Source: an uncultured Candidatus Saccharibacteria bacterium
Lineage (GTDB): Bacteria > Patescibacteriota > Minisyncoccia > UBA6257 > GWB1-50-10
Direction: 5' to 3'
DNA: 51,374 nt
Assembly: GCA_964495575.1 (NCBI GenBank)
Contig: CAZBVS010000002.1
Coordinates: 1-51,374, forward strand
Made by a program: the position numbers and the translations under genes. Positions 37,701-46,275 of the stretch are shown here, piece by piece. The notes under the pieces were generated by a model, which had not been told where the DNA came from, ran no database searches, and saw only the letters and a program-made list of their open reading frames with translations. Position 1 is the first letter of the stretch; each line of letters opens with the position of its first letter.

Positions 37701-37879
37701 AAGTGAAGTTCTAACTTTTTCCCTGTATGGTCTGTAATAGGAGAAATTTCATCTAAAAGTTCTCTCAAACCTTTTTCTACAAACCACTCAAAAGAATCGT
37801 ACTGAATATCCAAAAAACCTGGCTGGTCAGTTTTAGGACCTTTATACGAAGAGAATACTTTTGGTTTGGGTGCTGACAT
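34703..37879 (-). CDS. rpoB: DNA-directed RNA polymerase subunit beta
   Basis: 1058 aa. [22 protein letters not shown] and [20 protein letters not shown] motifs. Confidence 0.98.
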   Translation of the reverse strand: [1058 protein letters not shown]

Positions 37880-37925
37880 TTTTGTTTTTAACTTATTTTT
37901 TTAAATTAAATGACTTTTTTATTTG

Positions 37926-38951
37926 TTATAAATACCTTTGACGATTTAAGTTGTGTTCCTGTAATGTTCTGGAAAAAATAGTGTCTCCACTTTCCTTAGC
38001 TGATAAATAGTACCAATAAGGACTCGGTTTAGGATTTATAGCTGCTTTAATTGCCTTTTCTCCTGGATTGGAAATAGGAGTCGGAGTCCATCCCATCTTT
38101 TTATATGTATTAAAAGGTGATGAAACATTATCTAAATCACCGTTGGTAACCTTGATATCTGAAGTATCACATTCAAGAAAACCTCCGTTACACTTTACAT
38201 AGCTTATAGTTGCATCAATCTGCAACGGAATACCAGACCCTAGCCTCTTCCTTATTATCCCCGCAACTATTCTTCTATCTTCATATTCAGGAACCTCTTT
38301 TTCTAAATATGAAGCCAAAATCAAATCCTCATACCAATTATCTCTGTTCTTCAACTCTTCCCAAACCTTTTCCTCAAAATTATCAAGCATCACTCTTACA
38401 ACCTCCTCCGGATCTGAATCTATATGAAATCTGTATGTATCAGGGAAAAGAAAACCTTCCAAGAAACTCATATCCACACTGAACTCACTAAACGAATGAC
38501 GAAGAAATACATAATCTTCGTCTAATGAATCAATCTTATATTTTTCAATCTGTCCTGGTTCGATAACCTCAGCCTTAGATAAAATATAATCTATATCCTT
38601 TACCGTTGATCCCTCAGGAATAACTACTCGAACCTCATTCTCTCCTCCAGCCGATATATTTCCTACAATCTCCGGCACACTCATTTCATAACTCAACTCA
38701 TAAATACCAGGCTGAAACCTAGTCGCCCTTCCTGTTAAAAATGAGTAAAGCTTAAAAACAAATATTGACTTAATCAATGACTGTTGAGACAAGCGAGCTC
38801 CAATACTCCGGAAACTCTCTCCTTTTGATATTTTAAATTCTACAAGGTCATTGCCGGCAAGTGTAGGCTGAAGGCTATAAAAAAAATATCCAAGTCCTAA
38901 TAAAATTAAGACAGCCAAACCCAGCGCGACCATAAAACGCGCATCTAGCAT
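37926..38951 (-). CDS. mltG: endolytic murein transglycosylase MltG (YceG family)
   Basis: N-terminal TM helix, LysM-like segment, and YceG core (LILASYLEKEV, LQIDATISY, SPFNTYKK.GWTPTPISNPG). Confidence 0.88.
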   Translation of the reverse strand: MLDARFMVALGLAVLILLGLGYFFYSLQPTLAGNDLVEFKISKGESFRSIGARLSQQSLIKSIFVFKLYSFLTGRATRFQPGIYELSYEMSVPEIVGNISAGGENEVRVVIPEGSTVKDIDYILSKAEVIEPGQIEKYKIDSLDEDYVFLRHSFSEFSVDMSFLEGFLFPDTYRFHIDSDPEEVVRVMLDNFEEKVWEELKNRDNWYEDLILASYLEKEVPEYEDRRIVAGIIRKRLGSGIPLQIDATISYVKCNGGFLECDTSDIKVTNGDLDNVSSPFNTYKKMGWTPTPISNPGEKAIKAAINPKPSPYWYYLSAKESGDTIFSRTLQEHNLNRQRYL

Positions 38952-38964
38952 GCTTTATTTTTAT

Positions 38965-40044
38965 TTAATATGATGATTCAATTTTATTGCGTTCTATTAT
39001 AGCTAATGCTAGGGATGAAATCAACAAGTTCGAACCTCCATAGCTTACAAACGGAAGACTAATACCTATAACGGGCACCAGCCCAAGATTCGAACCAATA
39101 TTTATAAAAAAGTGTATTAAAAATATCAATCCCATTCCCAACACAACAAACTTAAGGTCATTCCTTCTCAACCTCAAGCCGACAATAGTCATTCTAAGTA
39201 TAAGACCAAGATATGTCAAGACCAAAACCAATCCTCCAAACACTCCCCACTCCTCTACAAAAGAAGCAAACAAAAAATCAGTATGGGCCTCCGGCAAAAA
39301 ATCAAACTGAACCTGAGTTCCTCCTTTAAAGCCTTTACCCCAAAAACCAGCAGATCCAATAGCAATCTTTGATTGTGTAACATTATAATTCACCCCTAAA
39401 GGATCTGCTTCTGGAGACAAAAATCCCAATATCCTTTCTTTTTGGTACGGCTTTAAAAAGCTAGTCCACATCACTGCTAAAATAATAAACACTACCAACA
39501 CTCCTATCAAAAATCTCTTCTTATTAATTCCGCTCATCAAAATAAAACCAACCCATATCCCCATCACCACAATAGCAGAACCGAGATCAGGCTGCACAGC
39601 AATAATCCCTACCGGGACAATGGTATAAAAAAATGAAACAAATATATTCTTACTCTGCCAAGCAGCTAAATACTTTCTCGAGAAAAAACCTGCTAATAAA
39701 ATTATTAAACTTATCTTCACTAACTCTGACGGCTGAAAATTAATAAAACCTAAGCTAATCCACGACTCTGTCCCTCTCACTACTCCCGGCTGTAAAAAAG
39801 GAACCGCTAACAATACAATACTAGACCAATAAAAACCATGCCGAAACCAATCCTGAGTTATCAACCAACCCCATTTTATCTGACTCCCCAATAAAATCAC
39901 TAAAAACGAAATAACATACCAAATAGCCTGGCGAGAAAAATAAGTTTTATTAATACTGTATAAGGTTACCAAACTAATACAGGCTAGTATTACTACCAGC
40001 CCCAACAAAACCCAATCAAATTTTTTATAATCATTTAAACTCAT
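38965..40044 (-). CDS. rodA: SEDS-family peptidoglycan glycosyltransferase RodA
   Basis: 359 aa, polytopic. QPSELVKI, LPEAHTDFLFASFVEEWG and SLPFVSYGGS motifs. Second SEDS paralog in the window. Confidence 0.85.
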   Translation of the reverse strand: MSLNDYKKFDWVLLGLVVILACISLVTLYSINKTYFSRQAIWYVISFLVILLGSQIKWGWLITQDWFRHGFYWSSIVLLAVPFLQPGVVRGTESWISLGFINFQPSELVKISLIILLAGFFSRKYLAAWQSKNIFVSFFYTIVPVGIIAVQPDLGSAIVVMGIWVGFILMSGINKKRFLIGVLVVFIILAVMWTSFLKPYQKERILGFLSPEADPLGVNYNVTQSKIAIGSAGFWGKGFKGGTQVQFDFLPEAHTDFLFASFVEEWGVFGGLVLVLTYLGLILRMTIVGLRLRRNDLKFVVLGMGLIFLIHFFINIGSNLGLVPVIGISLPFVSYGGSNLLISSLALAIIERNKIESSY

Positions 40045-40749
40045 TTACTCCAAGTTTATATAAACCTCAGTACTCGTAGCGTTAACATTTTCCTTTACTT
40101 CTTGATTAACTGGAACAAAAATTTCAAAATTCCTATCTTCAAAAGAAGGGATATCCTCTAAAACTGTTTTAGCCCCCGACAACCTAAAACCGTATTCATC
40201 AGCTAAAACTGCAATTAACTCTAACCTCGGAACAGAAACAAAACTCTCATTCCTTACACTACCAGAAACTACCGCCCTGTCTTCTTCTAAAGAGGTATTA
40301 ATATTTTTTACTAATAACTTTTCCCTGATTGAACCAACTGCTTTTTTATACCCTCCATCTTCAACAACAAACTCAACATCACTAACCTTTCCATCAAACG
40401 ATGTTGTTTCAATTAAATACTCTTCTGAAGAGGGAGCTAACCTCTCATCACCAAAAACCTCTTTTTCAACAGATCCTCCTGACTTAATATCAAAACGATA
40501 GGAAAAGTAAGCTGTTTTCTCTAAATTAGTATTTTTTACCTGAACTAAAAATGATACTCTCTCAGGATCCAATCGAAAAATTTCTACATCATCTACAATC
40601 TTCACTTCAAAATCAGTCTCTTCTTCTTCAACAGACTTAGAATTCTTTTTATTAAAATCAAATGATATTAAAAATATCAAACCAGCTAAAAAAGCCAAAA
40701 ACACAAACCCATATACAATTTGTTTTAATCTACGTGACATTATATTCAT
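40045..40749 (-). CDS. membrane-anchored hypothetical protein
   Basis: 234 aa. One N-terminal TM (IVYGFVFLAFLAGLIFLISF), then an acidic, apparently beta-rich ectodomain. Its stop abuts the rodA start. Confidence 0.55.
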   Translation of the reverse strand: MNIMSRRLKQIVYGFVFLAFLAGLIFLISFDFNKKNSKSVEEEETDFEVKIVDDVEIFRLDPERVSFLVQVKNTNLEKTAYFSYRFDIKSGGSVEKEVFGDERLAPSSEEYLIETTSFDGKVSDVEFVVEDGGYKKAVGSIREKLLVKNINTSLEEDRAVVSGSVRNESFVSVPRLELIAVLADEYGFRLSGAKTVLEDIPSFEDRNFEIFVPVNQEVKENVNATSTEVYINLE

Positions 40750-40784
40750 TATATAACACCTAACAAACAGCTTCCATTTAAATA

Positions 40785-41525
40785 TTAAGCTGCATCAATT
40801 ATTTTTAAAAACTCATCTGCTTCAAGACTAGCCCTTCCAACTAACACTCCGTTAATTTCTTTTGTTCTCAAAAACTTACCGGCGTTATCTCCATTAATTG
40901 ACCCCCCATACAAAACAGGGGTACCTCCATTTAAATCATTGATCTTTAAATACTTTTTAATGAATGAAATCATCTCCAAAACATCATCTACTGATGCAGG
41001 TCCTTTACTCTGAGTACTTATCGCCCAAATTGGTTCATAAGCTATCATTAAAGAATCATCATCTATAGAAACTCCCTCTAATCCTTTTTCCAGCTCTCCA
41101 GACACAAATCTCTTTGCTACATCCACTCCTTTATTTCTCATATTCTCCGGCTCCCCTACACAAAGAACTACCTTTAAATCATTTTCCAAAACCTGCTTAA
41201 CCTTTTTATTCACCTCCTCATCACTCTCTCCCAACCCTCTTCTTTCAGAGTGGCCTATAATAACAAATTCAACCCCTAAAGATTTTAGCTCATCAACTGA
41301 AACCTCTCCTGTATGACTACCTTCATCTTCCCAAAAAACATCCTGAGCCCCTAACATTACTGAAGAATCACTAACAACATCACTGACATCACTCAAAAAA
41401 ACTAACGGAGGAGCAACACCAACGACATTCTTACCAGACCTCTCAACAATTTTTTTCGCTAAGCCAACTGCCTCCTCTTTTTCTTGAGGATTCATCTTCC
41501 AATTTCCTAAAATTATTTTCTCCAT
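40785..41525 (-). CDS. tpiA: triosephosphate isomerase
   Basis: GNWKMN, IGHSERR, AYEPIWAIST and YGGSIN motifs. Confidence 0.95.
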   Translation of the reverse strand: MEKIILGNWKMNPQEKEEAVGLAKKIVERSGKNVVGVAPPLVFLSDVSDVVSDSSVMLGAQDVFWEDEGSHTGEVSVDELKSLGVEFVIIGHSERRGLGESDEEVNKKVKQVLENDLKVVLCVGEPENMRNKGVDVAKRFVSGELEKGLEGVSIDDDSLMIAYEPIWAISTQSKGPASVDDVLEMISFIKKYLKINDLNGGTPVLYGGSINGDNAGKFLRTKEINGVLVGRASLEADEFLKIIDAA

Positions 41526-42157
41526 ATCTTTTTAATTAAATTATTAAACCCGTGTGATATAAGATGTCTCCAAACACAACCATAATTAGAAAATCCTAAC
41601 TTCAAACCATCTTCGTTATCCAATACCTTAACTGAATACCCTCTTAAAACTCCCATCACCCAAGCCTTAGAAAAATTAAATAAAGAAACTTCTTCTAAAA
41701 CGCTAGGATCAAAATATGCTAACCCAAGATTAGAAACAACTCTTATCTCCGGTTTAATCTTTAAAACTTTCCTTAAAACCTGAGTAATCTTCTCCAAAAA
41801 ATGCCTCTTCTCTTCTCTCATGAAACCCATATCAAAATCATCTTTAGAAACATCTATCATTTCCTCAAAATCGTTAAAAGATACATCATTAAAATCATTA
41901 ACAACCAGAACTCTTTCTCCAGAAATATTCGATAAAATATTTTCTTCGCTAACCTCTAAAACAGACGGTAAAAAATCATCAAAGCTATCAACTGTCTTCC
42001 CAATATCTAACGAGCCATCGTCTACCACTAAAATCTCATACGAACTATATCTCAACTTTGATAGATAGCTATCTACATCCACCAAATCTAACACAACCTC
42101 TTCCCTACTTCTCCCTAATCCTGAGATTAATATTGATAAAGAGTATTCTTTAGACAT
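41513..42157 (-). CDS. hypothetical protein with a degenerate glycosyltransferase family 2 (GT-A)-like N-terminus
   Basis: SILISGLGRSREEV...YEILVVDDGSLD resembles the GT2 signature (xIVIPxxNE...YEIIVVDDGSTD). No clear DxD motif. Overlaps the tpiA start by 13 nt. Confidence 0.4.
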   Translation of the reverse strand: MSKEYSLSILISGLGRSREEVVLDLVDVDSYLSKLRYSSYEILVVDDGSLDIGKTVDSFDDFLPSVLEVSEENILSNISGERVLVVNDFNDVSFNDFEEMIDVSKDDFDMGFMREEKRHFLEKITQVLRKVLKIKPEIRVVSNLGLAYFDPSVLEEVSLFNFSKAWVMGVLRGYSVKVLDNEDGLKLGFSNYGCVWRHLISHGFNNLIKKIWRK

Positions 42158-42160
42158 AAA

Positions 42161-44518
42161 TTACTCCATTAAACGTTTGGTAATATCTTTCTCTACTTCT
42201 TCCCGAGGTCTTCCATACTTTTTCTCAAGTAAACTCTTCAACTCATCCCTTGAGTTAATATCCGGTCCTGGAGCAGGAAAAGCGTGCATATTAAATGGAT
42301 CTGTAGTTTCTCCATTTATCAACAACTTTACATACAAGTTATAATTATCAATATTTATTAAATCTCTCTCAGATACTTTGGGTTCAAACTGCTTTGCTAA
42401 AAACTCAGCATCCTGAGCGCTTACCCTAAATGACAACATGGAACCTACATTACCAAAAACAGAGTCTCTTATCTCTTCTGGAAGTTGAGCAATAAACTGA
42501 TGAGCTACCGTCAAACTCAACTTATACTTTCTAGCTTCTGACAAAATCGTAGAAATGGAATCTGTAGTAAAGTTCTGAAACTCATCAATAAACAAATTAA
42601 AGTCTCTTCTTTTTTCTTCATCAACATCAGCCCTTCCTAAAGCAGCCATCATAATCTTACCCACCACAATCATCCCCAATAAATTAGCGTTCAACTCCCC
42701 TATCTTACCTTTTGAGAGATTAACTAACAAAATCTTTCCTGAATCCATCGCTTTTCTAAAATTAAAACTTGATTCTTTCTGACCAACAATAACCCTCATA
42801 TAATCATTGGCAATAAAGTTATTAAACTTAGAGGTTACATACGGTGTAATATTTTCTAAGGAAGCCTCTCCCCCAGCCTTCTCAGCCTGTTTCCTCCAAA
42901 AGTTTATAACTGTAGCATTATTTATCCTGTTTAACTTCTTATTCCTATACTCACTATCAGAAAACACTCTAGGCACCTCCATTAAAGTAGCTGGTTCATT
43001 TGGAGCATCTTCCATCAACAATAACAAAGCATTTCTCATATATTGTTCAAACGCCGGCCCACCAGTTCTTTTCAAGTCATACAACTTATCCAGTATTCCA
43101 ATCATCTCATTGACAATAAAGGTTTTCTGTTCTGGTCTATCAAAATCATACTCCAGCATATTCAACCCCATCGGCCTTTTTAAAGAGGTTGGATCAAACA
43201 AAATTACATCATCATATCTTTCCTTAGGTATTAACCCTAAAATATGCTCCACTGCATCACCATGAGGATCTAAAAACGCAATCCCCTTTCCATCCTGGAT
43301 ATCCTGGTTAATCAAGGAAACCAAAAAATTAGTCTTACCTGTCCCGGTCTGCCCTATGACATAAAAATGACGTCTTCTATCTTCATCAGATATATAAACT
43401 TTTTTCTCCTGACCTTGAAATATATTCTCTCCCAATAAAGTACCTTGCCCAGGAATAGACGCCGGCATCGGTAACTGTTTAGATTTTAAATATTTAATTT
43501 TAGGCGTTTTTGTAAAAGGGGTTGGCAGATGAAAAACGCTTGCAAGTTCTTCTGAGTTTAAGATTAAACTCTTTTTACTATCAAAATTTCTAAAAGAAAA
43601 ATCATGAGCTATCTGTTTTACATTTCTTACTTTTCTTAAACTCAAATCATTTTTCTCCGGAGAAGCAAACTGAGAAAAACCAGATGATATACCATCATAT
43701 ATTGACTCTGCCTTAAAAGTACTTGGCCCGGAAGCCAACACTCTTATATTAACCTTAAAAAATGGTTTTTGGAGTTTTGATTTTACCGCCTCGACCAAAC
43801 TATCATCAACTGTCCTATCCTTCATCTTCTCTTTATCTTTTTCTTCTTTCCCTAAAAACTTATCCCATATCTCAAAAATTAATAGCCTAGAATTACCAGC
43901 TCCAGATAATCCCTTCCCTTCCTTCAAGTCCTTTAAAACGGCCTTGGCTTTCTTTTTCTTTGAAGAACCCGCTGGTTTGATAATAACTTGAACGACCCCT
44001 CCTTCTCCAACATCATCTATCTTTGCTAAACCACCTAACACAGACTGAAAGGTATCTGCTTCTAAATCAGCGTATGTTCTAATAGGAATTACATAATCTT
44101 CAGAACAACCCACATACCCTCCTACCGTCGTACCATCATGATGAAACACATTATAATCATCCACCTCCTCAACTAAAGCATCGTTCCAAATTCCCTGCAC
44201 CTGCCTTACAAAAGACTCCGCTAAACTAACCGGCACCGAGGCATAAAAACAAATCTCTCTTCCGACATGAGAAACAGCCGTTTCAAAAACTACCGGCTTA
44301 TTAAACTTACTCAAACTACTAAAAAGTTGCTCACTCTTATTAATCTCACTACTCAAATCATTTCCTTCCTCACTCCCTTTCGGTAACTGAATTAAAAACA
44401 ACTTTGTGTCTAAACCTCTAACTATTTTTTTTCTCCTCCAACGAATAAAAAGGATTGTTCCAACAATCCCTCCACCAATTAACAAAAAAGCAATTATTAA
44501 AGTAACTAAAAAAGACAT
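42161..44518 (-). CDS. membrane-anchored P-loop ATPase of the FtsK/HerA/VirD4 (DUF87 / T4SS coupling protein-like) superfamily
   Basis: 785 aa. N-terminal TM. About 370 aa of unrecognised domain. Walker A VIGQTGTGKTN, AFLDPHGD, Walker B NLFIDEFQNF, and SEARKYKLSLTVAHQFIAQL. Confidence 0.75.
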   Translation of the reverse strand: MSFLVTLIIAFLLIGGGIVGTILFIRWRRKKIVRGLDTKLFLIQLPKGSEEGNDLSSEINKSEQLFSSLSKFNKPVVFETAVSHVGREICFYASVPVSLAESFVRQVQGIWNDALVEEVDDYNVFHHDGTTVGGYVGCSEDYVIPIRTYADLEADTFQSVLGGLAKIDDVGEGGVVQVIIKPAGSSKKKKAKAVLKDLKEGKGLSGAGNSRLLIFEIWDKFLGKEEKDKEKMKDRTVDDSLVEAVKSKLQKPFFKVNIRVLASGPSTFKAESIYDGISSGFSQFASPEKNDLSLRKVRNVKQIAHDFSFRNFDSKKSLILNSEELASVFHLPTPFTKTPKIKYLKSKQLPMPASIPGQGTLLGENIFQGQEKKVYISDEDRRRHFYVIGQTGTGKTNFLVSLINQDIQDGKGIAFLDPHGDAVEHILGLIPKERYDDVILFDPTSLKRPMGLNMLEYDFDRPEQKTFIVNEMIGILDKLYDLKRTGGPAFEQYMRNALLLLMEDAPNEPATLMEVPRVFSDSEYRNKKLNRINNATVINFWRKQAEKAGGEASLENITPYVTSKFNNFIANDYMRVIVGQKESSFNFRKAMDSGKILLVNLSKGKIGELNANLLGMIVVGKIMMAALGRADVDEEKRRDFNLFIDEFQNFTTDSISTILSEARKYKLSLTVAHQFIAQLPEEIRDSVFGNVGSMLSFRVSAQDAEFLAKQFEPKVSERDLINIDNYNLYVKLLINGETTDPFNMHAFPAPGPDINSRDELKSLLEKKYGRPREEVEKDITKRLME

Positions 44519-44520
44519 GA

Positions 44521-44955
44521 TTATAAAATTCCTTTTTCTTTTAATTTAGGAAGAAGCTTATCAACTAAAGAATCATGAAAAGCGTCCTGAACAAAAGGAG
44601 GGAATTTTTTTGATCTTCTTAACGCTACAAACACTCCCTTATCAACCGCTAACTGAAGTAAAGATTCAATAACCTCTTTAGTTTGATCACTTACTTCTTC
44701 CTCTTCAAGATAATCTGCTAAATACTCATCTTCTTCAGAAGACGGTTCTTCCATTTTTTTCTTTATTTCTTCATCAGCCAACTCACTTACTGACTGCTTA
44801 ACAATCTCCTTGTCTTTATCCAAAACCTGAGAAGCTTTCTCTTTATCTTCAAATTTAGACTCGACTCTTTCCTTAACCTCCTGAACCTTCTTCTCTACCC
44901 TCTCTACATCCTTCTTCACTTTTTCACTTTGATGAAATTTATCTATATTCTTCAT
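44521..44955 (-). CDS. acidic coiled-coil protein, hypothetical
   Basis: 144 aa, Lys/Glu-rich, no TM helix. Its stop is 2 nt from the ATPase start. Confidence 0.5.
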   Translation of the reverse strand: MKNIDKFHQSEKVKKDVERVEKKVQEVKERVESKFEDKEKASQVLDKDKEIVKQSVSELADEEIKKKMEEPSSEEDEYLADYLEEEEVSDQTKEVIESLLQLAVDKGVFVALRRSKKFPPFVQDAFHDSLVDKLLPKLKEKGIL

Positions 44956-44993
44956 ATATTTATATTATATAACTACTCATCAATTATCACCAA

Positions 44994-46274
44994 CTAAAAT
45001 CCCTCTATCTTTATCTCTCCTAAATCTGAATAATCTACGTCTGTGGAGCTTGAAAAGGAATCTGTATAATCAGTCACCGGGCCATCCAACCCTTCTCCAC
45101 CTGACCAATCAGACTGGGTAAACACATCATTCTTCCATCTTGTAATATATTCAGACAACGAGAAGTTTGTTTCTTCTTCTTTGCCCGGCCACTCAATAAC
45201 AGCAGTAACCTTCTGAGTCAAAGGGTCCAACGCCTCTCCCGCCCCGCAAGGAGAAACTCCGCCAATTTCATAGTTAGCGTCATTAGTTCTACATACGTTC
45301 TCGACATAAAAATATCTATCAAACATTGTTGAATCATACAAACTTTCAACCTCATTAGATGTTAACGCTCTACTATATATCCTTACATCATCCAAATAAC
45401 CATCAAAAGGATTGCTTCCTGCGATACTACCAAAATACAAATTATTACCAGAAGAATTTACTGCTTCTGCACTACCACCAGTCGATACCACTTTACCATC
45501 AACATATGCAGTTGACCCTGAATTTTCATCATGAATATACGAAAAATGATGCCATTGTTCTGTAGAAACATCAGAATAATTTAAAACAGTAGCATTCCAT
45601 GACGCACCATCATAATAAGTAAATCTAATATCAGAACCTGAATCCCACATAACGTAAGAATTATTCTTATGCAAAAACCTTTGACTAGAACCCCAAGCTT
45701 TAGGATAAATCCATAAACTAATAGTAAAACTTGATACATCCAAAACATTATCATCAGAAACTTCCACATAATCATCCGTTCCATCAAAGTCTAAACATCC
45801 CCCCACCCAACAAACGCTGGAAGTAGCTTGTAAAACCCCGTTATTCAAAACCCCATCATTATCATTTCCTGAAAAATCATAAACTGTACTCCCCGTTACA
45901 GAATCTAATTTCCAATGCCCCGCCAATCCTGACTGTATCCCATTATCAACAATCCCTTCCTTTCCTTCTAAATGAAAATTGTCCGTACTAGAAGAATGCA
46001 TAAAATACACGGTACTAGAAGTTTTATTTAATCCATAAACATTAGACCAATCAGAAAATGCATACACCCTCACATTCTCTACTAATCCTTGGGCTAACGC
46101 TGTCGCACTCTGTTGAATCTGGCTCGTTTTACTAGATTGTAAAACAACTACTATCGCCGTACTTGCCCCTCCAATTAAAATAGCTCCTATCGCCAAAGCA
46201 ATCACAATCTCAACCAAAGATTGACCTTCTTGCTTTAAAAATAAACTCTTTATTTTTTTTAAAAATAACTTCAT
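44994..46274 (-). CDS. type IV pilin-like protein with a LamG/concanavalin-A-like lectin domain
   Basis: Class III signal MKLFLKKIKSLFLKQEG|QSLVEIVIALAIGAILIG (Gly -1, Glu +5). LamG-type segment CLDFDGTDDYVEV..FTISLWIYPK..GYLDDVRIYSRALTSNEV. Confidence 0.8.
   Translation of the reverse strand: MKLFLKKIKSLFLKQEGQSLVEIVIALAIGAILIGGASTAIVVVLQSSKTSQIQQSATALAQGLVENVRVYAFSDWSNVYGLNKTSSTVYFMHSSSTDNFHLEGKEGIVDNGIQSGLAGHWKLDSVTGSTVYDFSGNDNDGVLNNGVLQATSSVCWVGGCLDFDGTDDYVEVSDDNVLDVSSFTISLWIYPKAWGSSQRFLHKNNSYVMWDSGSDIRFTYYDGASWNATVLNYSDVSTEQWHHFSYIHDENSGSTAYVDGKVVSTGGSAEAVNSSGNNLYFGSIAGSNPFDGYLDDVRIYSRALTSNEVESLYDSTMFDRYFYVENVCRTNDANYEIGGVSPCGAGEALDPLTQKVTAVIEWPGKEEETNFSLSEYITRWKNDVFTQSDWSGGEGLDGPVTDYTDSFSSSTDVDYSDLGEIKIEGF
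45763..45803. repeat. nucleotide-identity island shared with 46736-46776 (35/35 identical, 40/41 overall)
   Basis: TCCACATAATCATCCGTTCCATCAAAGTCTAAACA is identical in both LamG-pilin genes. It encodes (G)CLDFDGTDDYVEV on the minus strand. Confidence 0.9.
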
Positions 46275-46275
46275 A

